DNA of 64,000 bases, from positions 1-64,000 of the forward strand of contig NIVC01000609.1 of the NCBI GenBank assembly GCA_002269645.1, in the 5' to 3' direction. Every line of letters begins with the position of its first letter. Positions within the stretch are counted from its first letter, which is position 1. Under the pieces are notes generated by a model. The model had not been told where the DNA came from and made no database searches. It saw only the letters and a program-made list of their open reading frames with translations. The position numbers were made by a program, and so were the translations under genes. Below are positions 34,536 through 64,000 of the stretch, in pieces. Source of the stretch: Macrostomum lignano. Taxonomy: Eukaryota.

Positions 34536-34804
34536 ATGATATCCAATACTGTATTAGCTTTAATGCGCCCAGAAATTTAGCAATTTCCTTTGCAAGCGCG
34601 CGTAGTGTTACACACAGAGCTCTTGTAAAACAAGTATGTGTATATTTGAATAAATATAAACTATTCTATAAGTACGCTCATATTTTTTCAATTTGCTTTT
34701 CATGTTGTAATAACAACACTTGCAAGGTATATGAGAGAATTTTGCTTCAATATTTCTATTTTTTACTACCGAGATCCAGATACTTTTATTAGTAGTCACT
34801 GCCA

Positions 34805-36233
34805 GCTTCATCATCTCAGCTTCATCCCCGTTACTGATCCTCTGCTTCATCACCGTCACAGATCCTCAGCTTCATCACCATCACTGATCCTCAGCTTCAT
34901 CACCGTTACTGATCCTCAGCTTCATCACCGTCACAGATCCTCAGCTTCATCACCATCACTGATCCTCAGCTTCATCACCGTCACTGATCCTCAGCTTCAT
35001 CACCGTCACTGATCCTCAGCTTCATCACCGTCACTGATCCTCAGCTTCATCACCGTCACAGATCCTCAGCTTCATCACCATCACTGATCCTCAGCTTCAT
35101 CCCCGTCACTGATCCTCAGCTTCATCACCGTCACTGATCCTCAGCTTCATCACCGTCACTGATCCTCAGCTTCATCACCGTCACTGATCCTCAGCTTCAT
35201 CACCGTCACTGATCCTCAGCTTCATCACCGTCACTGATCCTCAGCTTCATCACCGTCACAGATCCTCAGCTTCATCACCATCACTGATCCTCAGCTTCAT
35301 CACCGTCACTGATCCTCAGCTTCATCACCGTCACTGATCCTCAGCTTCATCACCGTCACTGATCCTCAGCTTCATCACCGTCACTGATCCTCAGCTTCAT
35401 CACCGTCACTGATCCTCAGCTTCAGCACCGTCACTGATCCTCAGCTTCATCACCGTCACTGATCCTCAGCTTCATCCCCGTCACTGATCCTCAGCTTCAT
35501 CCCCGTCACTGATCCTCAGCTTCATCACCGTCACTGATCCTCAGCTTCATCACCGTCACTGATCCTCAGCTTCATCACCGTCACTGATCCTCAGCTTCAT
35601 CACCGTCACTGATCCTCAGCTTCATCACCATCACTGATCCTCAGCTTCATCACCATCACTGATCCTCAGCTTCATCACCGTCACTGATCCTCAGCTTCAT
35701 CACCGTCACTGATCCTCAGCTTCATCACCGTCACTGATCCTCAGCTTCATCACCGTCACTGATCCTCAGCTTCATCACCGTCACTGATCCTCAGCTTCAG
35801 CACCGTCACTGATCCTCAGCTTCATCACCGTCACTGATCCTCAGCTTCATCCCCGTCACTGATCCTCAGCTTCATCACCGTCACTGATCCTCAGCTTCAT
35901 CACCGTCACTGATCCTCAGCTTCATCACCGTCACTGATCCTCAGCTTCATCACCGTCACTGATCCTCAGCTTCATCACCGTCACAGATCCTCAGCTTCAT
36001 CACCATCACTGATCCTCAGCTTCATCACCATCACTGATCCTCAGCTTCATCACCGTCACTGATCCTCAGCTTCATCACCGTCACTGATCCTCAGCTTCAT
36101 CACCGTCACTGATCCTCAGCTTCATCACCGTCACTGATCCTCAGCTTCATCACCGTCACTGATCCTCAGCTTCAGCACCGTCACTGATCCTCAGCTTCAG
36201 CACCGTCACTGATCCTCAGCTTCATCACCGTCA
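34805..36233. repeat. Minisatellite, 25 nt, gatcctcagcttcatcaccgtcact
   Basis: About 57 highly homogeneous copies. Confidence 0.95.
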
Positions 36234-36608
36234 CAATTATAAATACAATTACAAAAGTCAATTAAAATCAAAGTAATTATAGTAATTTCTTAAGCGTTGT
36301 TTTGCAATAGTTTATTTTGCTCAAAATTTACAGTGAGATTTATTAATTAAAAGCGATAGACTTCATTTTCACTATTGAGCTCATTAAAGTTCATTAATAG
36401 CATACAGTATTTTAATGTCGTCTATGTTTATTGAAATGGGGGCGAAGTATGCTACTGACTATATGAATTTGGTAAGTACTAAGTCCGGCGTATATGACTA
36501 AGATAGTATTGGATAAAAATACATGTATTGCTTAGTTCTAATATTCGCTTAGCTTAGAGTAAAGACTTGGGTACAAAATATGCTAAAATGATTAGCAGAA
36601 AAAATCAA

Positions 36609-36833
36609 TCAGAATAGCGGCTTCATATTGATCATATTCTCGGCGAAGGTGAACGGCAGTTTAATCACTTTAAGTATGGCCTCGCAAATGTCTTTAATTG
36701 GATCGATGCAAGCTCCAAATGGCAGCAGGAAGATGTAGATCCAGGCCAGCAGGAACGCGATTGGCCAGCCTAGGAATATCAGGGCTAGGAACCATAGGAT
36801 GGACCATAGAATGCCTGGGCACAGATCGGCCAT
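36609..36833 (-). CDS. 74-aa uncharacterised membrane microprotein
   Basis: ATG-to-stop ORF in non-repetitive sequence with a protein-like hydrophobic pattern: MADLCPGILWSILWFLALIFLGWPIAFLLAWIYIFLLPFGACIDPIKDICEAILKVIKLPFTFAENMINMKPLF. Candidate 37-nt GT-AG 5'UTR intron at 36899-36935. Confidence 0.75.
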   Translation of the reverse strand: MADLCPGILWSILWFLALIFLGWPIAFLLAWIYIFLLPFGACIDPIKDICEAILKVIKLPFTFAENMINMKPLF

Positions 36834-37479
36834 TCTGCTAGATGACTCACTGTTCTCAAGCGGAGTTGTATGAGGGGGTTGGGAAGATTTTCTGCGACCT
36901 ATAAATGTAGTTAAGCAAATCGAGTTTCAACTCACCCGACTATAGAAGAGTTTCTCGTTATTATATCCTAAAGTTAGGCGACAACTGTTCAGTGATCTGT
37001 GTTTTCAAACAGACTTCTACTGACGTTATATTATTTAAGCTAGCAGTTTTCAGCTGAGCCCTGGGATTGGCCAAGAGCTTCGGAGGAGTTTTTGTTCAAG
37101 AAATCTAGAATCGATATCGGTATTATTCAACTGCAAGCCTGTGTGCTGTGCCAGTTATAACTACTGTACAATTGACTCCCATTCTTCTCAGCAACAGGAA
37201 TTAAACTAAACTAGCTTTAGTTACTGGAAGCCTGTCTACTTGTATTAAGTTTTGATATGACGGAGTTGAAAACACGTGGGGACTGAGGGGACGCGATCGG
37301 ATCAAATGGTTTCGAGCAGGTGCACTGGCATGCAGAGGGGACGGGAGAGAGAATGAGCACTGCACAGAAGAATAGCTTGCCAGCTGGTATTATCTGATAG
37401 TTGAGAACTCTATACTGTGACTTACATTTTCCGGCCGTGTAGACACTGGCCATTCCTCCTCAATATTCGTGTCCTGTCA

Positions 37480-38555
37480 CTCTCCCTCCCCTCAATTGTC
37501 TTGCCCCCTCCTCCCTTCTTTCCCCCTTTCCCCTCTTCCTCCCCTTTCCCACCTCTTCTTCCCCCTTTCCCTTCTCTTCTCCCCCTTTCCCCTCACTTCC
37601 TCCTCCTTCCCCCTCACTTCCTCCCCTTCCCCCTCACTTCCTCCTCTTTCCCCCTCACTTCCTCCCCTTCCCCCTCACTTCCTCCCCTTCCCCCTCACTT
37701 CCTCCCCTTCCCCCTCACTTCCTCCCCTTCCCCTCTTCTTCCCCTTTCCAATCTCTTCTTCTCCCTTTCCCTTCACTTCCTCCCCTTCCCCCTCACTTCC
37801 TCCTCCTTCCCCCTCACTTCCTCCTCTTTCCCCCTCACTTCCTCCCCTTCCCCTCACTTCCTCCCCTTCCCCCTCACTTCCTCCCCTTCCCCTCACTTCC
37901 TCCCCTTCCCCCTCACTTCCTCCCCTTCCCCCTCACTTCCTCCCCTTCCCCCTCACTTCCTCCCCTTCCCCCTCACTTCCTCCCCTTCCCCTCTTCTTCC
38001 CCCTTTCCAATCTCTTCTTCTCCCTTTCCCTTCACTTCCTCCCCTTTCCCCCTCTCTTCCTCCCCTTCCCCTCACTTCCTCCCCTTCCCCCTCTTCTTCC
38101 CCCTTTCCAATCTCTTCTTCTCCCTTTCCCTTCACTTCCTCCCCTTTCCCCCTCTCTTCCTCCCCTTCCCCCTCACTTCCTCCCCTTCCCCTCTTCTTCC
38201 CCTTTCCAATCTCTTCTTCTCCCTTTCCCTTCTCTTCTCCCCCTTTCCCCTCACTTCCTCCTCCTTCCCCCTCACTTCCTCCCCTTCCCCCTCACTTCCT
38301 CCCCTTCCCCCTCTTCTTCCCCCTTTCCAATCTCTTCTTCTCCCTTTCCCTTCACTTCCTCCCCTTTCCCCCTCTCTTCCTCCCCTTCCCCCTCACTTCC
38401 TCCCCTTTTCCCCTCTCTTCCTGCCTTTCCCCTCCTCCACTGCTCCCCTTACCTCTGCCCCCTCTCCCTTTATCTCTCTACTCTCACCGCCACTCCCCTC
38501 CTGCTCTCTCCTCTTCTTCACCTCTTCTCTCCTTCTCCCCCACCCTCTCCCCCTC
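37480..38555. repeat. Polypyrimidine (CT-rich) tandem tract, about 20-21 nt, ttcctccccttccccctcac
   Basis: More than 1 kb almost free of G on the + strand. Confidence 0.95.
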
Positions 38556-39127
38556 TCCTGTAGATAGCTGTGTGGACAGCTAGCCTCTAGTTGTATCACT
38601 CCCCTATGCTCAAACTGTAGCTAAATTACCATCTTTATAATGCTCCTAATAGTTCTTTCAGCATCATTAAAGTTGTGCTTACAAATGATGGATAGAAATC
38701 AATATAGTAAGTCGTTTTTTTTAAACTTCTTGGCGCTGAACCCATTGTTGCCATGCAAGCAAATGTATTAATCTCCTACTCGAAAAGCATCAAACAGAAA
38801 AAATTTGCTTTAATGCACCCTGTAAGCAATGTCAGTGTACTGAATTGGTTGTTAAATACTTGCAACAAGTTAGATTTACCGAAATAATCTGGCCTATGAA
38901 AATTTAATAAATCAATTACGAGCGTAGCATTTACCCCATAGCTATTGCCAAAAACAGTTCTATTCAAGTTCAGTTGGGACAAAAATTCAAGTAGAACGGC
39001 GTAATCTGCATGAGTATGAAGTATAAAACGTGAGAGAACGATTTTTATACAGGACCTATAGTGTCTGGGGGTGGGCGGGTGGGTGTGAATTATTTACTCT
39101 GCCTGTGAATGCCTGATTGTGATAAGT

Positions 39128-39660
<533 letters not shown>

Positions 39661-40116
39661 ATACAAAAACTGGAATGGGGTGTCAAAGTGAAAATTAAAA
39701 GCGACACATACGCTGCAGTTACTGGTAGTAGTGCGGACAGCAAACGAAATACAAACTAAATAAACTAAGTAAAACGTAAGCGACAATATTTACATATCAA
39801 AGTGTTTTAGTAGTTATTTCTGAGCTGCATTAAATATGCAAAAACTGCAATGATTGGGTTTAATCGCGTGAACTTGCGAACTTTCAAAATAGTTCATTAT
39901 CTTTGATGATTGGTTTAGACTGGGGCACAACTGTTTATAAGAATACTAAGTACAGATGATTGCAAGAATATAATCATCAAGTTATTCTAAAATCAAATCT
40001 GATATTCATAACACTTTGGCGACCTGACAAAAACTAAATTGAGAGTAAGGACGATTTTTTGATAGAATAGCGACTTGATGATGAGCAGAGGCTGCTGAAA
40101 TTAACGCTCACAAAGG

Positions 40117-57661
<17,545 letters not shown>

Positions 57662-57717
57662 CTGGCGGAGACCACGTGGAGACAAATGGGAGATTAGTTT
57701 CAGTGCTGAATAGCTGC

Positions 57718-58032
57718 CCCACTCCTCACTCAGACACCCACCCACTCCTCACTCAGACACCCACCCACTCCTCACTCAGACACCCACCCACTCCTCACTC
57801 AGACACCCACCCACTCCTCACTCAGACACCCACCCACTCCTCACTCAGACACCCATCCCACTCCTCACTCAGACACCCACCTCACTCCTCACTCAGACAC
57901 CCACCTCACTCCTCACTCAGACACCCACCCACTCTTCACTCAGACACCCATCCCACTCCTCACTCAGACACCCACCTCACTCCTCACTCAGACACCCACC
58001 TCACTCCTCACTCAGACACCCACCTCACTCCT
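57718..58032. repeat. Minisatellite, 23-24 nt, cactcctcactcagacacccacc
   Basis: Tandem copies. Confidence 0.93.
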
Positions 58033-58479
58033 CCACTCGTCACCATTTCGCAGATTCAGTTGGGAGGCAGTCTGCATTAAAAACCCATCACAGTGTCATT
58101 GCCAGCTGAGGGCCCGCATTTTTCCATATTTGGCACCTGATGAGCCGCCCCAGCGCAGTTAACTTGTCTTAGAATATTTATTCAAACGTATAATTTTTCC
58201 TCCCTTAGCATGATTAGACCCATCCAATTTTTTTGACAAGAAATAAGCGATAAAGCCCGCATGCTTTCTGCTGTTTTACCTTTATTATCAAAGCTTTTTT
58301 ATTCTCAACGCCCGAAAATCAAGAAGGAGAATTGAGCCACTCACCGACATGGCTTCATCCGAGTGAAGGTCCTGAGGCATTCCGTTGCTGTCAGCCGAGG
58401 AGGACTGGGGTGGCTGCAACGGCAAAATTATACCAGACATTTTACGAGTATAAAAGGAATTTTGCTATGCATGGTCGAT

Positions 58480-58915
58480 CTAGTATATGCATTGTCGCTA
58501 GATCTATATGCATTGTCGCTAGATCTATATGCACTGTCGCTAGATCTATATGCATTGTCGCTAGATCTATATGCATTGTCGCTAGATCTATATGCATTGT
58601 CGCTAGATCTATATGCATTGTAGCTAGATCTATATGCATTGTCGCTAGATCTATATGCATTGTCGCTAGATCTATATGCATTGTCGCTAGATCTATATGC
58701 ATTGTCGCTAGATCTATATGCATTGTCGCTAGATCTATATGCATTGTCGCTAGATCTATATGCATTGTCGCTAGATCTATATGCATTGTCGCTAGATCTA
58801 TATGCATTGTCGCTAGATCTATATGCATTGTCACTAGATCTATATGCATTGTCGCTAGATCTATATGCACTGTCACTAGATCTATATGCACTGTCGCTAG
58901 ATCTATATGCACTGT
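58480..58915. repeat. Minisatellite, 21 nt, tgtcgctagatctatatgcat
   Basis: About 20 copies; the unit contains the palindromes tagatcta and atgcat. Confidence 0.95.
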
Positions 58916-59754
58916 CGCAATAACTACTGTCGCTAGACTTCTATCTCTGCCGCTTAGCCATGGGGCAAATATTCGTGCCGGAACTCATCAGTGGGGACAT
59001 TAATATTAGTAAATTTCTAATTGATCATTGCAGAACTATGACAATTGCCTTCAGAAGCTTTCTGGCGAATATTTCGTGTCGTGAAGATTTTCACAGGAAA
59101 TTTTCTATCCTTCTTCTTTTTCGCGTGACAACTGCAGCAAGAGCCCTAAGCTCAAGAAAGGTGCGCCTTCAGCCCGGCAACTAATTAGAGAGAATATCCA
59201 CTGAAAAATCTGTGTTCCTATGAAGCTGGGGAATTTTTTCGACTTGTCGACTTGTCGATCAGGTGGATCTCGGCGGCTGGTGATGATGGAATTTGGCAGC
59301 CCAGAATCACAAGATGAAGAACAGCGAATTGGAGAGGTGCCGGCACAAGCTGTTTAAGAATCTGCGCGCGGCTCCCCATCCGACGCAATGTTTGAGCAGT
59401 TTGGGAGTGGGAGTGACTGGGACAGGAGGCTGAGCTGGGAGAATGAGCACTGCAAGGAGATGAAAAACAATGCACTCGGGCGTACTGGGCCTGTTTGTCC
59501 AAGCCGGGGGCGGGCTTGGGACTTCAGCAGTCAAAGCTAGGGGGGGGGGTGGCAGAGAGTGCTCAAGGTCTCATAGGTGCAACCGCAATTGCTGCACCTG
59601 ACGGCGAGATTAAGACAGTCTAAAATTCACTCACTGCTCCCAATGTATATACCCCTGAGGACTCGGGGGGGCGGGCGGGGGTGAGGGGAGATGGGAGTAT
59701 CAATGACAAAGTCATAAAGTCTCAAGTTTTATTACTTCTCACTTTGTAATTTGC

Positions 59755-59938
59755 ATTCCTGATCCCATTCCTGATTACTGATGATCCCATTCCCATTACT
59801 GATGATCCCATTCCCATTACTGATGATCCCATTCCTGATCACTGTTAATCCCATTCCTCATTACTGTTAATCCCATTTGTCATTACCGTTAATCCCATTT
59901 GTCATTACTGTTAATCCCATTCCTGACTACTGATGATC
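59755..59938. repeat. Short array, about 22 nt, atcccattcctgattactgatg
   Basis: About 8 diverged copies. Confidence 0.85.
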
Positions 59939-60461
59939 CAATAAAACAATTAACTGATAAAGCCATAATGCAATTTATAGGTAAAGTAACAAAAAATTAG
60001 TTTAATTGACAAGATTACAGCTAAAACTATTTTTGGTCTGACTATTTTCTTCCCGCCAATACGAGCGTACCTTAGCAGCGTGACTGTTGTCTTGATTCAT
60101 TACTTGGCTGGGAAGATCTCCCGCATTCTCCTCACACCTCGCTTTAGCCATCAATTTTCAATTTCCCCACTCTGTTTTTTAATTTCTGAGGCCTCGCTGG
60201 GCTCCCTCTCTTTTTGAAGCAGCAATTTCCATATTTTAATTGAATTTCTCAGGCGTTCCAAGGTGCCGGAATCGCTCTATCTCCAAAGGCCCGCTTTAAT
60301 TCTGAGTCCATTATAATTCAAAGTCAGCAATAGAAATGTTGCTTTGGAAATTTTGTTAGCTGGTTATAAAGGCTGATGGTCGAGGTAATATTTCTAATTC
60401 GGCTGAACAGCGGGAGTTTGGGAATAGAAATAATAATAATAAACTACTTGACTCTAAGACT

Positions 60462-61420
60462 GCCGGATCTATGACCCTGCGGAGGACAGACTGCCAGATC
60501 TATGACCCTGCGGAGGACAGACTGCCAGATCTATGACCCTGCTGAGGACAGACTGCCAGATCTATGACCCTGCGGAGGACAGACTGCCAGATCTATGACC
60601 CTGCGGAGGACAGACTGCCAGATCTATGACCCTGCAGAGGACAGACTGCAAGATCTATGACCCTGCTGAGGACAGACTGCCAGATCTATGACCCTGCGGA
60701 GGACAGACTGCCGGACTTATGACCCTGCTGAGGACAGACTGCCGGACTTATGACCCTGCGGAGGACAGACTGCCAGATCTATGACCCTGCTGAGGACAGA
60801 CTGCCAGATCTATGACCCTGCGGAGGACAGACTGCCGGACTTATGACCCTGCTGAGGACAGACTGCCGGACTTATGACCCTGCGGAGGACAGACTGCCAG
60901 ATCTATGACCCTGCGGAGGACAGACTGCCAGATCTATGACCCTGCTGAGGACAGACTGCCGGATTTATGACCCTGCAGAGGACAGACTTCGAGAACAATG
61001 ACCCTCCAGAAGACTGAATTCCAGATCTATATGACTCTCCGGAGGACTGATGTATGACCCTCAAGAGAACAGACTTCCAGATCTATATGACTCTCCAGAT
61101 GACAGATGTATGATCCTCAAGAGAACAGACTTCCAGATCTATATGACTCTCCAGATGACAGATGTATGACCCTCAAGAGAACAGACTTCCAGATCTATAT
61201 GACTCTCCAGATGACAGATGTATGACCCTCAAGTGAACAGAATTCCAGATCTATATGACTCTCCAGATGACAGACGTATGACCCTCAAGTGAACAGAATT
61301 CCAGATCTATATGACTCTCCAGATGACAGACGTATGACCCTCAAGTGAACAGAATTCCAGATCTATATGACTCTCCAGATGACAGACGTATGACCCTCAA
61401 GAGAACAGACTTCCAGATCT
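60462..61420. repeat. Minisatellite, 31 nt, atctatgaccctgcggaggacagactgccag, grading into a derived dimeric unit of about 57 nt after about 61010
   Basis: Tandem copies. Confidence 0.93.
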
Positions 61421-61884
61421 AATTCAAGGCCACAGGAGGTGCGTCAAATTATACACAGGTCAATTGAATCAAGTTGTACTTCTCGTGGAATTTCCCGCTA
61501 GCGAATTTAAGACAGCTGAACTGAAGTGAAGTACAAAAGTTGGACAGCAATGCTGCAAAGTTTTGTATTCAGTCGGTCCTGCCTGAATTGTTGATAGAAA
61601 GAGAGACAGGTTTCGTATATGGAATCAGCATATGGAAAACAGCCGCACCGGCAGTCTACCGTGACCCATGACAAGCTGTCCTGGGCTCTCGGGAACGACT
61701 TCGATTCCACACACCCACTTCTCTCTCCCTGCCTTCTCCGGCTATTCATGACGAAGGTTGACGATCCACTTTTAATTTGGCCTAGGTATGAATTAATTAA
61801 TTCGTTGCTGATATTCTTTTCTCGGGGGGTTGCCGTGTCTTCGTTGAGAGAGAGGCACAGATAGAGAGGGAAAGAAGAGGGAGA

Positions 61885-62370
61885 GAAGAGGTGGAGAGAC
61901 AGAGTGGAGAGAAAGAGGGGAGAGAAAGAGTGGAGAGACAGAGTGGAGAGAAAGAGTGGAGAGAAAGAGTGGAGAGACAGAGTGGAGAGACAGAGTGGAG
62001 AGAAAGAGTGGAGAGACAGAGTGGAGAGACAGAGTGGAGAGACAGAGTGGAGAGAAAGAGTAGAGAGACAGAGTGGAGAGACAGAGTGGAGAGAAAGAGT
62101 GGAGAGACAGAGTGGAGAGAAAGAGTGGAGAGAAAGAGTGGAGAGAAAGAGTGGAGAGAAAGAGTGGAGAGACAGAGTGGAGAGAAAGAGTGGAGAGAAA
62201 GAGTGGAGAGACAGAGTGGAGAGACAGAGTGGAGAGACAGAGTGGAGAGACAGAGTGGAGAGACAGAGTGGAGAGAAAGAGTGGAGAGAAAGAGTGGAGA
62301 GAAAGAGTGGAGAGAAAGAGTGGAGAGAAAGAGTGGAGAGAAAGAGTGGAGAGAAAGAGTGGAGAGAAAG
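61885..62370. repeat. Minisatellite, 13 nt, agagtggagag(aa/ac)
   Basis: Tandem copies. Confidence 0.95.
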
Positions 62371-63134
62371 AGGAAAGAGAAAGATGGGGGAGAAAGAGAG
62401 AAAAGGTGGAATAAAAGGAGAGAAGAGGAAGGAAAAAGTAACCAAAAGCAGACCATTTGCACAGATTGAAAGTGAACTACATGCTGTTTAAAAATTGCTG
62501 CAAGCAGCCAGTCTCGCGGTGGCTAGACTTACCTGAATAAGTCGCCTCTGCTTTTGCTGCCGAGGCTTCGATCTCTTGCAGCCTCCTGCTCTCCTGCGCT
62601 TTCCCATCCTTGACAGCTGCTTCCCTCTCTGTCACTTTCTCTCCTGAACCTGCTTCGTCTTTCTTCTTTATACCCGTGCCTGCCTGTCCTTGCCTGCTCG
62701 AAAAAAACACTGATAGAGGGGCACCAGGGGCCTTTGGGAAGTAAGTTTAGGAAGAGGATAGACCTAGCGCGAGCGCTTTGTAATCAAGCTGATACCCCGG
62801 CCTCCTCCCCTCTTCCCGAGTTCCCGGGTTGCGCCCAGGTGCCTGGCCTGTGTGCGTGCGTCAGCTTTCTCTGTCATTCGTTCCTCGCCGTCTGCTTCTC
62901 ACTACTGCAGACTGCTATCAGCTGTCAGTCAAAGCAGGCTGCAAGTTTGCGGCTGTCGGGCGACGCTGCAGCCGGCCTCTAAACGACGTCTTATTGGCCC
63001 CCGAAAAAAAAGTGATGCTTGCGTCACTGTGTACAAGAAACTGCTTTTCACTCTCATTACCCTATGATTGCGTTTAAACCTAAACCTTAATCTCAATGGG
63101 AATAGCTTGGGAACAAGGACTAAGCATGGACTGT

Positions 63135-63578
63135 GTGAAGCTTCTGGATGGGGATTGTGAAGCTTCTGGATGGGGATTGTGAAGCTTCTGGATGGGGATT
63201 GTGAAGCTTCTGGATGGGGATTGTGAAGCTTCTGGATGGGGATTGTGAAGCTTCTGGATGGGGATTGTGAAGCTTCTGGATGGGGATTGTGAAGCTTCTG
63301 GATGGGGATTGTGAAGCTTCTGGATGGGGATTGTGAAGCTTCTGGATGGGGATTGTGAAGCTTCTGGATGGGGATTGTGAAGCTTCTGGATGGGGATTGT
63401 GAAGCTTCTGGGTGGGGATTGTGAAGCTTCTGGATGGGGATTGTGAAGCTTCTGGATGGGGATTGTGAAGCTTCTGGATGGGGATTGTGAAAATTCTGGA
63501 TGGGGATTATGAAGCTTCTGGGTGGGGATTATGAAGCTTCTGGGTGGGGATTGTGAAGCTTCTGGATGGGGATTGTGT
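63135..63578. repeat. Minisatellite, 22 nt, gaagcttctggatggggattgt
   Basis: About 20 copies. Confidence 0.95.
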
Positions 63579-63899
63579 AAGTTTGGAGATGGGGATCGTT
63601 CCATCCCTATGGGAATGGGGATGGAAAGTTAAAATTTCTATGAAGTTTCCGTGATTGGGTGGCCTGGTTACAACGAGATTCGCTTGAATCTTGGAAAATC
63701 ACCTCTTGATCCAGGGCGACGGGACGCCAAATCGTGTGCCCCACCCTGTTGGTCGTTAGTGCCATCCTATTTAATTATCCTTTACATGAGGTCTCTTCAC
63801 GCTCTTGCCCAGCCTACGTCACGTTTTTATTCTTCAGCGACCAGGGCTGTGACGAATTGCAATCGGCGATTTTTAGGGAATTATCTGACCTAAAGTCTG

Positions 63900-64000
63900 A
63901 CCACTCTCTCACAGCTTACCCCACTCTCACACAGCTTACCCCACTCTCCTACAGCTTACACCACTCTCCCATAGCTTACCCCAATCTCCCACAGCTTACA
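63900..64000. repeat. Minisatellite, 20 nt, ccactctcacacagcttacc (runs off the window end)
   Basis: Tandem copies. Confidence 0.85.

Noticed and set aside
62477-62710. Charged ORF or exon with a tcag|gtaagt donor as PDE8 exon 1
   Set aside because: Plausible, but there is no homology cue or verified phase path to the REC exon.

Overview
Eukaryotic (animal) genomic DNA with GC/CAG-rich exons, GT-AG introns and a different 13-50 nt minisatellite in almost every long intron. This style suggests a flatworm such as Macrostomum lignano (inference; no taxonomic marker is present). Genes reconstructed by hand: an ICT1/mL62-like protein lacking GGQ (-), a kazrin-like 3xSAM protein (-, 4 exons), INTS10 (-, 4 exons, about 709 aa), an activin type II receptor-like kinase (+, 4 exons, about 571 aa), a 74-aa membrane microprotein (-) and PDE8 (-, at least 14 exons). 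Mobile DNA: an RT-deleted LOA/R1-group-like non-LTR retrotransposon with a 13-bp TSD, four MITEs and tRNA-derived CORE-like SINEs. The main finding is that about 4.35 kb (about 22,450-26,795) is written as the base-by-base COMPLEMENT of the real strand without reversal. It is invisible to six-frame translation, but once complemented in place it yields exons 1-2 of the receptor, which splice in frame to normal exons 3-4 downstream. The most likely cause is a reverse-without-complement assembly or processing error rather than new biology; raw reads would decide. No CRISPR, rRNA or true tRNA genes were found.
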